A stretch of 64,000 nt of DNA from Eledone cirrhosa. Its lineage: Eukaryota. The translations under genes were made by a program, and so were the position numbers. The notes below the pieces were generated by a model. It saw only the letters and a list, made by a program, of their open reading frames with translations. It made no database searches and was not told where the DNA came from. Positions 46,990 through 60,510 of the stretch are shown here, in pieces. Where the stretch lies: NCBI GenBank assembly GCA_964016885.1, contig OZ024744.1, forward strand, positions 98,394,001-98,458,000, given 5' to 3'. The stretch's first letter is position 1, and each line of letters opens with the position of its first letter.

Positions 46990-47425
46990 CAAGTGTATGT
47001 CCGCCTCATGGTCCAGATCGGTAGGATGGAGAAGACATTGCCTCGAAGGCTGGCGAGGGAGACCCGCTGGAATAGCCATTCCACCTAGATAGTAATGATA
47101 TGGTCCGGGACCCAAGAACTGTCACAAACCTATCAGAGAGCGACCGATATTTTGGCAATTTGCCCTCTTTGGCTTGGCGAGCAGCAAAGACTGGGCTGGT
47201 AGCCAAACGCTCCAGGTTTCCGATGGAGAAGTTATCGCAATATGTGACATCCAAGATGAAGGACCTACCCTTGTAGTGAGGGAAGATTGTCATGATGTCG
47301 TCTGGCCTTTTGCCGTTCCCTCGGGCCAGCTCCGTTTGCACGAGATGAGAAGAAAAGTTGCGACGTCCAGTTCATGCTTTATAATCTCGTTGAGAACAGC
47401 ATGGCATGGGAGGCGGCCGGCATTA
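46990..47425 (-). pseudogene. Second RLE-type (CRE-like) C-terminal fragment
   Basis: 'HAVLNEIIK', 'GKRPDDIMTIFP...ILDVT...KLPKYRSL' (PD-(D/E)xK-like). Confidence 0.8.
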
Positions 47426-47634
47426 TAACGGTATGACTGAGTTTTACTTTTATCAACACATATAGAATAGCGTACCCCTTTCGTTTACTCAAACTTTAAC
47501 TGGTATCATTTTTTTTTCGTGGCCACAGGTTGTTTTGTTTTCACGTTGTACTGCAGTCAACTTGAGGTTTTGTTAGAACTATTTTTATTATCGTTATTGA
47601 TGGTATATATATATATATATATATATATAAATAT

Positions 47635-47730
47635 ATAGTGAAATTCCGTTATAACTAGATCGACTGAAACACATGGCGTGTGCGGCTGGGGATTGAAAAA
47701 AATATTCGTTAGAACGGAATTTTACCTGTA
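47635..47730. mobile_element. Small Tc1/pogo-like MITE
   Basis: Imperfect TIRs tagtgaaattccgttataac / gttagaacggaattttacctg, in TA context. Confidence 0.55.
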
Positions 47731-50700
47731 TATATAATTCAAGTTAGAAGATATATGTATATATATAGAGAGAGAAAGAGCCATATATGGTTTGAGAAAC
47801 TGTATTTTGTACATATAAATAAAGCACAAGTATTTAGGAAAAAGTACATACTTTAATAAGATGGAAAAGTTCTTTTTGGTGCTCTTGGTAGGCACCCATT
47901 GAGCTTTTCTATTGAGAAACATAACCATGCATATATGTTATCATACCTTAATTTAGTATATATATATATATATATACACACATACAGCATGTCCCCCAAA
48001 AATGTATACATACTTCAACAGCATTCTAACCAAACTGTATATATTTTTGGGTGACATCCTGTATATTTGTTTTGCAAGGTTTTTGATATGAAATCCTGTG
48101 TCGAAACAAATATTGTTATACTTAGGGAGGGTCATATTGTTATAATATTGCCAGAAATAATAACAGAACACACTCACTGTTTGGTTTGGGTTGGTTTTCG
48201 CTTCTGTATCTTTTATATCTCCATAGTTAATTTACTACTATAATTTCTGGCAATATTATAACAATATGACCCTCCCCAAGTATAACAATACATATATATA
48301 TATATATATAACAAAGAGGGTGTGGTAAGATACCAGGTGGACCATAATGCACCAGAGTACTCAATACTTACGAAACAGCTGAAGCTCAGCAGTCGGGGTC
48401 TTGACTCTTTTCCTATATATATATATGTGTGTGTGTGTGCGCGCGTAATATAAGCTTGTAAATCAAATTATTTGATACAATAACCCTTGCCTTATTATTT
48501 AGTAGTCATTGGATTAAACTTTGAACCGTTTATTACCCTCACATTGTAGACTGTAAAATCACATTTTAAAAATTCTTGGCTATTTATACCGTTGTATTCT
48601 CAACTTAGTTGAACTTATTTAAATAATATGGATTATAAATTTAGGTAATGTTGCTAACTTTTGCAAAAGTTATTTGTTATTTTCAGTTACTTGAGAACTT
48701 CCTGTCACTAAACGATCAGTTGTTGTTTGTAAACAAAATAATTGCGTGATGTAAATATGTTTGAATCACTAATGAGTCAATGAATACATTTGTTTAAATA
48801 ATGGTTTCTGGATTAGCCACATGGCCAGCAATTTGTGGGTGGGGGGTAGTAGAGAAAAGTCGATTAAATCGACCTCAGTACATTACTGGTACTTTATTTT
48901 ATCGACTCCGTAACCTCGGCGGAATTTGAACTCAGAAACGTAGAAAGTCATAACTACATGCCACTAAGTATATTGTCTTACGCTCTACCGATTCTGCTAA
49001 TCTATCAAACTGGACAAATCGGAATGACGGCAACTCGCCCGAAGAAGCCCCGCGAGGTGAGGTGGCTGTTGCCGCGGGTGTCGCTGGCCATTGTCTTTGC
49101 CATTTTGTCCGCGAGGCGCTGCCGAAACACCACTCTGACTTAGGTATAGAGTCTGTCACTTTCTCCCCTTCACCTTTCTTTCATTGCTTAACAACCCAAG
49201 CCATTTCCCTCTTATATAACTCAACGTTATGTGTTTTATTCTATCTCTCATTTAATCTTCTAATGGACCGATAACGTTTAAAATTTTAAGACTTTTCTTG
49301 CAATATAACATATTTTGAAACAAGAACAGTTACAGATTGTTGCCTGTTCTTGAATGATTTAGTGAAACGTTCCTTAAACAAATATACCAGTTGGAAGGGC
49401 TCCATATTATTGGGAATAAAATCGATCATAAATCGATAATATATATTTTGAAAACTGGCGTTCGAATGTTGTTGGCACAGAACATACGTTTGACCAATTA
49501 TATTATGGACCGCGATAGAAATTCCGTCTATTTTGAAACCGTCAAGCACACAGGAGGAGGTATTGAGTGCTTTCGATCGCACGTCTACTTCCCACATTTC
49601 GAAAAGAAAAAAAATAAGGAAGAGGTTATGTTGCCGGTAAGAGTGTCAGACACCACGAGTTGCGACCTGAGTTAAGACAATTTGAAATCTTTTCCACCAT
49701 CAATTGTTAAAAGACAAGTTAAAATCATTTATTCGTACATTCGTAACATACGTTACGCTTTAGTTACAAACACACACATCTACACATAAATACACACATG
49801 GATAAAGGCAACAGAAGGAAGGGGTTGGTGGAACGCAATAGCAATGTGTGTTGCGTCCCTTTAGGGTTTACCGGCTACATAGCTTATTCGAAAAATTAAA
49901 GAGAGCGAATGGTACATGAACATTTCCAATTGTCATTTGAAAGAACTTTTAGTGCAAATGACACATGAGCATTGAAACGATAGATTATTTGAAAAGATTA
50001 TGATTGCTATTTGTGAAAAAACGTTTTTGTCATTGTATATTTCATGGGTTTGCTGTAAATTACGATGGGCAAATATTGTCTCCATTTGTTTAAACATTCT
50101 TATTGCTAGAACATCATCACTATTGATATCATTGCATTGAAGAATTCAAAGGAAAGTTAGTGACCCAAAACGAAAGAAAATTAAAGTTTTAGTGAATAAT
50201 TTGACTTATTTTTCTTCTAAAGGAAAGAGGACAAATTATTTTCGTATTTGAAGTAATAAAAAAAATATTAATTAAAGATTTTCTATTATTTTAAAACCAT
50301 TCCTATTCCAAATCCCGCTTCGATTAAAATAAATAAGACCATTTTCCCCCGCCCCTACTTCCCCCAAAACAACAACAAAACACGTGCATCTTACCCTGAT
50401 CGAAGGGCAAAGTTAATATATACGCCTCATTTTGAAGTCCCACGTCACACCTTAAGAAACATTGTCTGTATGTTCACTTAGAAATCGCAGCTAAATCTTA
50501 TCTTCCTACAATAACATTTCCCATCTTAAACAATAACAACAAACAACCCAAAACAATATGATTACAATGACACCTTCCCATATCAAACCAATGACAAAAA
50601 GTATGTTTAAATTTAACCTCAAAATATCCCCCTATGACATAACAAGCAGTAGACTTTTCAAACGAAACAAAAAATAAATCTGATAACCAGCTAAATTCCT

Positions 50701-51619
50701 GCCTGTTTATGTTCATAAAAGTAATTTAGAAATTACTTATAAATATAAAGATATTTAGGGGAGCTTGACAACGAAGTTTTTGTCATTGTTGGTGGCTCAC
50801 CTTACCGAGATTTCAGGCGATGCTCTAGTTAAAGGTTGGTTATTCCAGTGTCATACATAGCCTCGCTATCACCCACAACAATACTGCGAGTTTGTTGACT
50901 TGCCTAAAAAAATATGAGGGAGGTTCCAGCACCCTCATATAAGTATTATTGCCTGTTTAATGTATATGTATTTTACGTGTGTACGTATTGCGATATTATT
51001 GTCTATTACGTACATTAAATGTTTACTTTGATAGTCTACTATACATGTACAGTCTTTGATATTTCAATAAATCACTCATTGTTTTGAAGAACAATTAACT
51101 ATAGACTACCAAAGTTTGGATATATCAATGTGCTCACTTAAGTTAAACTTAAACGTAATAACCTCAAAGGGACATCAATCTTGTGCTGGATCTTTGCAGT
51201 TAAAATTCGACAGATTATAAATCCATTAAATATATAGACAAAAGTTAATTTACATACATTAATAAGGATTTGTTAAAGGATGAAAAAAAAAAAAACTTAT
51301 ATTTTCAGCAATTATTCGTGAGGAATGTACATGGTTATAGAGGCAATATTCTTTTTTTCAGTCAGCACAAAAATGTTTTTGTTTCTCGGCGATTAAAATT
51401 CAGGGGGAGGTAAGCTACTTGACATTAAGTAAATAAGACATACTTAATTGTTAGCTAAGAAAACATGTAGCGTGCTAACCACTTAGATGAAATTATGTAG
51501 CGTAAACTAAATCACTTGAAGGAATTTGTGGTATGAATTGCATTAAAATAATGCTAGCACTAAGTTATGTAATAGTAATTCTAATATTCAGCACTAAATG
51601 AGAAACATTTATTCAATTA

Positions 51620-51775
51620 CGAGAGTCGACTGAAAAGTTTATAAGCTGACTTTGAAAGATTTATAATTAATAACTGCATTGTTTCTTTCCAGAGACAACG
51701 TTGAAAAATAAACCTCATTTGATCATTTCATGAGAGTATCTTGGTCAGCCTATGAACTTTTCAGCTGACACTCGT
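51620..51775. mobile_element. Mariner-derived MITE
   Basis: cgagagtcgactgaaaagttt / aacttttcagctgacactcg with TA flanks; internal match to 45262-45462. Confidence 0.85.
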
Positions 51776-52739
51776 ATAGTGTTTACAAACAATTTTTCTG
51801 TTAATCTTTCCATGTTAATAATTAAGTCTATTTTTTTCGATAAAAACCATACTAAAATAAATTTTTTTTAATTTTTCGACCGATTCTAGCAGTTATGAAA
51901 AAAAAAAAAAGTTTAACCGCAATTACTTCCCTTAATTCCACACTAATATTAATTTTTAAAAAATACACTACGATTGTTCAAATATTAAAGAATTCATATA
52001 CGGTTCTGAACAGCATTCGAAACACTATTGTTCACACACTTACCATAAACGCGAGTAGCAAATATTATGAAGGAAGGCGACATAAAATAAAATAGTATTG
52101 TCTTTATGTAGTACATCAACAGGGCACACGTTATTGCAGACCACCCCTCCCCCTCCGTGCACGAGGTAGACACGCCATGAACTGATATCCAAACAGAAAA
52201 AAAATGTATCTTTCAACATCTGTAAATAAGAAATTAATAAGGAAGTTTTCAATGATTGTTTATAATTATGAAAATTTATATTTTTATATCCTTAAATTTT
52301 ATTTGAAAAAAAAAAAGAATTCTGTTAAGAAATAAAATTCAAATATATTTCTACACATAATAAAACATGAATGAAAATCAAGGAAATTCTACAACAAATA
52401 TTTTGAAATTTAGTCATAGAAAAGTAAATCTGATAATGAAAGTGAAATCGTGGAATTTATGGTAATTTACACAGATGTTCTTGGAATCATCAGTTTAATT
52501 TTTTTTCTTTTCAGTGAAGACACTGATATAAATTGAAAAAAAAAAAGAAGTGAACATTTAATAATAAAACCAGCTATTCTAGTAGAAAAGTTATATTTGT
52601 ATTAGCTGCACATATATATTGTTCAAACAATTCAATGTGAGATTATTTTATACAAACTTTCTTAAATCAATAGTTCCATGTAAGAGTTGCGTATATATTG
52701 AAAATAATATTATTGTAGACGATACTTAATAATAATAAA

Positions 52740-53070
52740 TCAACCAATCACGGACGAGGTTACAATTAATTTCAGTAACACAATTTTCTTAACCAATAAG
52801 CACGCAGTTTCTAAAATTAAAACTATTGGAAAACTATTTACAAGCCGCATATAATAATTATTAACGGGCTTTAACAGTTCTAAATTTAGAATCAGTCTCA
52901 TAATTGAGTAAGTACTAACTTCTAAGTTAACGCGGACGAAATAATAATGTGATAAAGAATATCTTACTTCCGCTATTATATTTTAGTTTCACAATTAGGA
53001 TTTTTAATTTTTATCTTTTATATAAATGAATTGTGGGATTGTAAGAAATCTTCTTCCGGCCCAGAATGGA
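52740..53070 (+). promoter_or_regulatory. Candidate housekeeping-type Pol II promoter
   Basis: CCAAT at 52744 and 52793, ATTGG at 52825; ETS-like ACTTCCG (52966) and CTTCCGG (53053); ZNF143/ACTACA-like ttacaatcccacaattcatt (minus, 53025-53045); TE-free context. Confidence 0.45.
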
Positions 53071-53219
53071 CGGAATCAAGACTCATTCACCGGCCAAGAT
53101 TGTCTTATCATAGGGAATATATGGCAAAATGGTTCTCCATTTTTTCCCCATCTATTATAAAGAGACTTGAAGAATTATATGGCAAAACCCGATTCAGCCT
53201 CTATCTATTGTAACTGAAT

Positions 53220-53250
53220 ATGGAGCCGGAGACAAAGCAGACCTACCCAT
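53220..53250 (+). CDS. Possible first coding exon (MEPETKQTYP, phase 1) of an unidentified gene
   Basis: Strong Kozak context (A at -3, G at +4), then GTGAGA donor-like site; no downstream exon identified. Confidence 0.25.
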
Positions 53251-53619
53251 GTGAGAATATATTGTCATCTTATTTCTACTTATAGCAGCCTTTTCTACTT
53301 CCCTGTTTATCATTTGTTGATATTTTTATGCTAAATGTTATTTTCCATTTTTGAGAAACAAATCTTTGAAATTATTTCTTTTATATCTAATTTACAATAT
53401 TCACTTTGTTTGAGTAATTCCTTACATGTTATATATATAGGTTTTAAACGTACATAACAATTTGTTACATTTTGGGTTTATTATTGCAACATTTCCAGTT
53501 GTTTTTCTTACATTGTGTACTGTATGACTTTAAATATATATATAAATATATACTTTTTCATTTATATATAAATATATATATATATATATATTATATATAA
53601 AGGTTTGTTATTTGTGTTT

Positions 53620-54060
53620 ATGAATTTGATTCAGATTGTGTTTATGGATGTGGCTCAGTTTGTGTTTATGAATGTGGCTCAGTTTGTGTTTATGAATGTG
53701 GTTCAAATTGTGTTTATGAACGTGGCTCAGTTTGTGTTTATGAATGCGGTTTAGTTTGTGTTTATGAATGTGACTCAGATTGTGTTTATGAATTTGTATT
53801 TATGCATGTCTGTCTGTTAGTGTTTATATTTATGAATATGCCTTTGTTTATGAATATCTGAGTGTGTGTGAGTTTGTGTTTATGAATATTTGTGAGTTTG
53901 TATTTATGCATGTGTGTGAGTTTGTGTTTATTAATATTTGTGAGTTTGTATTTATGCATGTGTGTAAGTTTGTGTTTATGAATATTTGTGAGTTTGTATT
54001 TATGCATGTGTGTGAGTTTGTGTTTATGAATATTTGTGAGTTTGTATTTATGCATGTGTG
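53620..54060. repeat. 24-bp minisatellite with a 48-bp alternating higher-order part
   Basis: tgtgtttatgaatgtggctcagtt repeats, then alternating ...ttatgaatatt / ...ttatgcatgtg units. Confidence 0.9.
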
Positions 54061-54724
54061 CAGTTATGAAAGTAAATGTGCCTTGTTTTTGTATGTGTTT
54101 GTTTATGTATTTCGATATGTATGCGTGTGTCCGTGCGCGTGTATATACATACACATTAAAGTGTAAGCCATGTTTTCAATAAGGTGAAAGTTTAGCGTGC
54201 ATGTAAGTATTGGTCTGGACTTGGATCTCAACCCTCTTTTGTTTATTATAGTTTCCCAGGCCATAAGAGAGGAGTTTAAGACTGGCTATCCAAGAGGACT
54301 TTTGTATGTCACTACCTTAGTTCTCGTAACCGAATCTTTCTAAGAATGAAAGAAATTGCAAATCTAGAAGCAAAACCCTGAATCTTGAGGTTTTAACTCT
54401 TTCATTACCATAATTCTAATGAAAGACACTGCCTGTAATTAAATAATTTTGAAAATAATTTAGAATTTGGAAGTATTTAGAAATAAAACTTTCTCATTAA
54501 GTTGGTGCATAACCTAAAGGTTCTTACGTAAAATTATTATGGAAAGTTTTTAGATAAATATAAGCACTTTAGAATAAACAGCTTTGTATCATAGAACCAA
54601 AGGTCAGTTTTCTGATGATGGGGTTAAGGTAAACCTAGCAAAGACAGAAGCTTTAGTAGGAAAGAAAACAGGACTCTATCATTTAGGTATAGGCTATGCT
54701 TGATATAAATAAATACCAGTTCAT

Positions 54725-55931
54725 TAAGTTATGAAATGTCCGATTTTGAATTGAAAGTTTAGTTTATTGTATCTCAAAAAAGAAGCAGTGCAATTAATCA
54801 AAGTATGCCCCTAAACTATCAACATACTTTTGCCATCTTAATGGTAACTTGTTTATGCCGGCAGCAAAGAAGCTTGGAGGGCAAGAGGCAATGAAATCAT
54901 GAAAGGCTGTTTTCGCAGCTCCTTGAGAATTGAATGTTTTTCCTTGCAAGAAGTGACCCAATGCCTGGAAGACATGATCATCAGTCGGTGCTAGGTCTGG
55001 TGAATATGATGGGTAACAGAGAGTTCCTAAGTCTGGCTCTTGTAGTTTGAGAAGCGTTGTTTGTACAACATGGTCGAGGATTGGCCTATCTCTATTGACC
55101 AATCTTGGCTGTTTAATCGCAAGCTCCCTCATTTCGTTCAATTGGTTGCGGTATACACCCACTGTGATTGATTGACCAGGTCTCACAAAGCTATAACAGA
55201 TGATGCCATCACTGGACCCCACAAACAGACACCATTAGCTTTTTTTGGTGAATATTCTGTTTTGGCAATTCATCTTTATCTAGCCATTGTGCTGAACACT
55301 TGCTATTGATGAAAAGAATCCATTTTTCGACACATAACAATATGATGCAAAAATGATTCACCTTCATGCCATGACAGCAAACAACAGCATGCTTTGAGAC
55401 AAGTGAAGCCCATTGGTCCAGCTTTTTTACTTTGTTAATTTGTTTCAAATGGACCAATATTGTTGGAATAGTAATGTCAAACTTTGCTGCTATTTCATGT
55501 GTAGTTTCAGATGTATCTGCTTCCACTACAGTTTTCAGCTCACCATTATCCACCTTGGTCACAAGTCACCCATGTGACTTTTTTTTTTCAATATTAAAGT
55601 CATCAGAATGGAACTTCTCAAACCATCAGTGTACTGTGTGTTCATTAGCCACATCCTCGCCAAGCACCTTGTTGATGTTTCCAGCTGTCTGTGATGCATT
55701 AGTTCCATGATGCAACTCTTATTGAAAAACATGAATTTTTTACATATCCATGAGTTCACAAAAATTGATCTGAAATAAACAATTCAAAAGACAATCACAA
55801 ACCAAAATGTACATCTGAAAAACTAATGATGTACCTGCACAATAAAACAATACCAAGAACTCTTGAAGTAAAATGTTAGTGATAGCAACTCTCAAACTTA
55901 GTGCTTAAGGAAATCAGACACTTCATACTTA
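54725..55931 (-). mobile_element. Degenerate mariner transposon
   Basis: Imperfect TIRs taagttatgaaatgtccgattt / aaatcagacacttcatactta; 'YSPDLAPTDDHVF', 'GINKLPLRWQK', 'EKWILFIN'. Confidence 0.9.
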
Positions 55932-56019
55932 ATGTTCTAATAAGAGGTTGAAGTGTCATATTGTTTATCCAATGTAAATTAGGAGTACACAAGAAATGTA
56001 ATTGTATCACATAGATACT

Positions 56020-56400
56020 GACATCATCATCATCATACATCTGCTGTTCCATGCTTGCATAAGTTGGTTGGGCCTTTTTCAGTACAGCATCTCTCCACTT
56101 GTCACATTCTTTCGCCATCCCCTCTGTAAGCTTCATCAATTTGAGATCAATTCTTCCTTGGTTTTCCTCTACTGTGGCTTCACCGCCACTGAGATTTCTT
56201 TGCACATTTTTCATCCATGCACATCACATGTATATACCAGTGCAGTCTTTTCTCTTGTACACTACATCTGATTCCTCTTATATCTTGTCTCTTTCTCAGT
56301 TCATCTATGCTTCATCTTTCATGCACATCCATTGAAGCATGCTAGCTTCATTTTTCTCCAACCATCACATATATTCTGCGTTTGCATCCTATGTCTTACT
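56020..56400 (-). pseudogene. RTE-family 3' fragment (inverted relative to the adjacent copy)
   Basis: catcatcat tail at the left; reverse-complement similarity to the RTE 3' region. Confidence 0.75.
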
Positions 56401-57405
56401 ACCAGTGTTAATAAGAAGGAAAGATGACAGAGCCCAGATCCCATCAGGGAAGTGACCATGCTCAATATGTAGAAAAAAAGTAGGGATAAACTCTATAAGA
56501 TGTACACAATCAAGGGGACTGAGAGTGAACATAGCTAAGACAGAAGTGTTGATAAGTAGAAGAGAGGACAATACTCTGATTCCATCAGGGAAATGGCCAT
56601 GTTCAATATGTAGGAAAGGAACTGGCATAAATTCCTTAAAATGTACGCAATACAGATCTTGGGTACACAAGAGATGTAGTAGGATAGCAGGCAAACTAGC
56701 AGGTAGGGAAAACTACGTATGCAGTAGATGTACAGGAAAAGTTGGCAGTAATCGCAGTGATAGACACATTTTTCCAATGCAGGTGGGTTCTATAGAAGTG
56801 GTTGATAGCTTCCGGTACCTAGGTGATCAGATTAGCATGGGAGGGGGGTGTTCCGAGGCCATAGTATCTAGAATAAGGACGAGTTGGAAGAAGTTTAGGG
56901 AGCAGCTTCCTCTGTTAACAAAAAGGGTTTCTCTCTGCGTACGAAAGGACGGTTATATGATGCCTGTGTGAGATGTGCAATGCTGCATGGTAGTGAGACA
57001 TGGGCAGCAACTGCAGATGATATGCGACGGCTGGAGAGAAATAAAGCAAGTATGCTCCGTTGGATGTGCAATGTCAATGTGCGTGAACGACCAAGCTTAG
57101 ACGAGTTGAGAAAGAAATTGGGTATAAGAGGGATAATTTGTGGTGTGCAGGAGAGAAGGCTGAGATGGTATGGACATGTGATGTGCATGGAGAATGACCG
57201 CTGGGTAAAGAAGTGTCAAGAAATCCCAGTAGAAGGAAGACACAGTAGAGGTAGACCACGAAAAATATGGATGGAGGTGGTGGGAGCAGACCTCAGATTG
57301 CTGAAACTCACCGATGAAGGACCGTGACAAGTGGAGAGATGCTGTGCTGAATAGGACCCGTCCAACCCTTGCAAGTAGGGAAAAGCGGACGTAAAATGAT
57401 GATGT
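56400..57405 (+). pseudogene. 5'-truncated RTE copy with PHD-like finger and (GAT)n tail; further decayed copies at ~57510-58320 and 61095-61370
   Basis: 'WPCSICRKGTGINSLKCTQYRSWVHKRC...CSRC', 'RLRWYGHVM', ...ggacgtaaaatgatgatg. Confidence 0.9.
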
Positions 57406-59924
57406 AGTGGGATAGGAGGTAGACTAATCAGAAAGAAGACTTTATATGCAGTTGTTCAGAGACAATTCATAATAAGAATATAAGTGATATAAATACACCT
57501 TTCCCGATCCCAGGTAAGATCCATAGAAGTGGTTGATAGCTTCTGCTACCTAGGTGATATAATCAGCAGTGGAGGTGGGTGCTCTGTGAGCATTGTAACT
57601 AGAATAAGGACAGAATAGAGAGCTACAACCTCTATTGAAAGGTCGGCTGATTATGCTTGTGGACAAAATGAATGCTGCATGGTAGTGAGACATGGGGTGA
57701 CACTGAAGAACTTTTGTATGCAGTAGATGTGCAGTGTAGTTAGTAACTGCACCCATAAAATTCATTGTTTCGAATGTTCAGAGAGCTCCTTTATATTAGT
57801 TGATAGCTATCATTACCTAAGAGACCAAATCAGCAGTGGAAGGTGGAGGTGGTATTGCAAACGCATTATACACATAGTAAGGACTGTGTTTGAAAAGTTC
57901 AGGAGTGAGAAGCAGATTCTATGATTACTTTTTTTTTTGTATGAACTGTGCATGATGTTGGAATGTAATGAAACATGGGCATTAGATAAATAGAATGCAT
58001 GAGAGCTGGAAAGAAATTAAGCAATCAAGCTCTGCTAGATGTGTAATATTGGTGTGCATGGATGATGGCGCACAAATAAGCTGAGAGGAAACAAAATCAG
58101 CATGGAAGAGAGAATGTTGAGATAGTATGGATATGTGATGTATATGGAGGCTGATAGTTGAATAAAAGAAGAAAAAAAATACCAAGTGGAAGGAACATAT
58201 GGAAGACAGAAATAGTGAATGTTAACCTCAAAGCTTATGATAAAGGACCACAAGTGGTGAAATGTGGTGCTAGAGAAGATCTGTCCAACCTATGCATGTA
58301 TGAAAAAATATGATAATGTGTGTATGTATTTATTTGAAGTTACTGTTCTTCTAGGTGTGTTGCCTTCACTGTGACTTGTAGAGCCTACATCTGTCTGGTA
58401 GATTATATATATAGGAACAGTACTTTTATAATTTTATAGGCACCAACAGAATATAATCTCCATGAATATGTTTGCAGAAATTCTGTTAACCAGACAGGTG
58501 AGATAGTTGCAATTGCCAAAATAGAAAGTCTTGTTTTTCCAGTAATTTATGCAAATGCCAAACTCTAATTTATCAAGCTGCTGTCCCATCAGTCCATCTC
58601 AAGCAACTAAGCTAACAGCATCCACTGGGGAAGTGTCAAGTGTGTGCAACATGTTGTGAGTGTAGCTTGCATAGTCTGATGACTTTCTTGTGGTGAATGC
58701 CAGCTTCACTAGACATTGGTACCAACTTGATACTATACATACATATGTATATTTGTATGTGTATATATATATATATATATATAATATCCATATATGCATA
58801 GACATACACACATCATGATCATCACAGTTTAGCGTCCATTTTTCCATGCTTGCATGGGTTAGACGTGTCGTCCATGCTGGGAGGCATGTGAGGCCAGAGT
58901 TGGCCACCTTGCTCCGCGGAGGACTTTGTATTTTACAGCTGGATGTCTTTCCTAACATGAACCACATTTACACACACACACACACACATATAAAAACAAA
59001 TAGTAGAAAGGAAAAAGATTTTTTTCAATAGAAAATGCTGAAGAGATTCTTTCAGTGTAATATCAAAACATTAATTTATTTACAAAGTGGATATTTCCAC
59101 ATTTAATAATGGTACTGGTTTTAGCATTATATGCATTATTAATTGCGGATATGCATAATATGGTAAAGTTGCATACTTAATACAAATAATAATTGTTTCT
59201 ACTTTTGGCACACGACCAGCAATTACCCAGTGCAGTACTGGTACTTTATTTTATCTACCCCGTAAGGATGAAAGGCAAAGTTAACCTTGGCGGGATTTGA
59301 ACTCAGACCGTAAAGAGACGTAACTATGCTGGAAAGCATGGCGTCTGACCTTCTACTGATACTGCCAATCCCCCGCCCTTAATACAAATAATAATAATAA
59401 TAAAAAGGGAAAGAAAAATTAATTTTCACATACATATTCAGAGAGGAGAATTCATTTCTCTGTTAATAGTTTGGTTTTGACTGGTAGTAGTTGGGGGAGA
59501 AGGAGGAGGCAGGGAATAGGTGTGGTGGCAGACTGTTGTGAAAGTCCCTTTCAAGAATGGCTACAAGGCCTAGCTGGGATCAGTTTGAAAGGTTTGATGA
59601 CCTTAGAGTTGACCTGGGGTTGATTGTTTCTAAAAATATCTATCTTGGTATTTTATCTTAGAAGAAATCAACATTGACCTTGTTTTTTTGCCACAAAGAA
59701 GATTCAGAGTTACTGAAATATTAATTCCATCCCTAGCAGAAACTTCCAGATTCAGAGGAATGGAGAAAAGGCAACCAACCAACTATATTGTGGGCTCATG
59801 AAGGGTGAGGAAGAAGGATAGACATAGGTGGGATTCAAAGCTAAAATGTACCGGGCCGTACATATTGTAAAGCAGTTAGTTTGACACCTTAATGCTCCTA
59901 TTTATCCAATTATCTTCGTGAAAG

Positions 59925-60510
59925 TCCTCAAGGACTAGCTGATTTTGGTGTTTCTATGTGGTTGCTTGGTCTGCATAATATAGTTGTCAGAAGTTGCTGG
60001 AATATGATGTTGTTCATTTGAAGGATTTGATTCATTCTTAGGTCTCTTTTTAGTAAAGGTATGTTCTGTAGGATGGTGTCGAATGCCTCATTGTTAAGGG
60101 AGTTGTGTGAGGAGATGTATGGTAGAGTTTTCAGTTTTGGATTCATTCCTTGGTTTGGGTTGTCTAAGTTCTAACCAACAACAAAACAGAAACAGACAAA
60201 TACTATAAACCCACAGACTTCAAACAGTATCTTCGATTCAACTCATGCCACCCTAGACACACCAAAATGAGCATTTCTTACAACCTAGCCAAAAGGATCT
60301 GCACAATAGTATCTGATAAATACACATGCTATATACAACTAGAAGAATTAAAGAACACACTTATTAGCAGGAATTACCCACCATCTCTAATCAACAATGG
60401 ATTCCAACGTGCCCTAAAACTCAACATCCAGGAACTTAGACACCCCAAACCAAGGAATGAATCCAAACTGAAAACTCTACCATACATCTCCACACACAAC
60501 CCCCTTAATG
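59925..60510. pseudogene. Penelope-like RT thumb fragment with an inverted partial duplication
   Basis: 'YKPTDFKQYLRFNSCHPRHTKMSISYNLAKRICTI'; 60093-60171 is the reverse complement of ~60432-60508. Confidence 0.85.

Noticed and set aside
49286-49675. Overlapping ~100-aa ORFs as a host exon
   Set aside because: No recognisable protein similarity; a donor-like GTAAGA alone is insufficient
50790-50915. Minus-strand exon-like segment (ttttttag ... gtaag)
   Set aside because: Similar to the CRE-like LINE tail at 46264-46350
53170-53250. 'PLSIVTEYGAG' resembling a GH2 beta-glucuronidase motif
   Set aside because: Short frame bounded by stops, no acceptor site or further homology; probably chance
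58340-59830. Downstream exons for the candidate gene
   Set aside because: The acceptor-like sites tested give in-frame stops in the required phase
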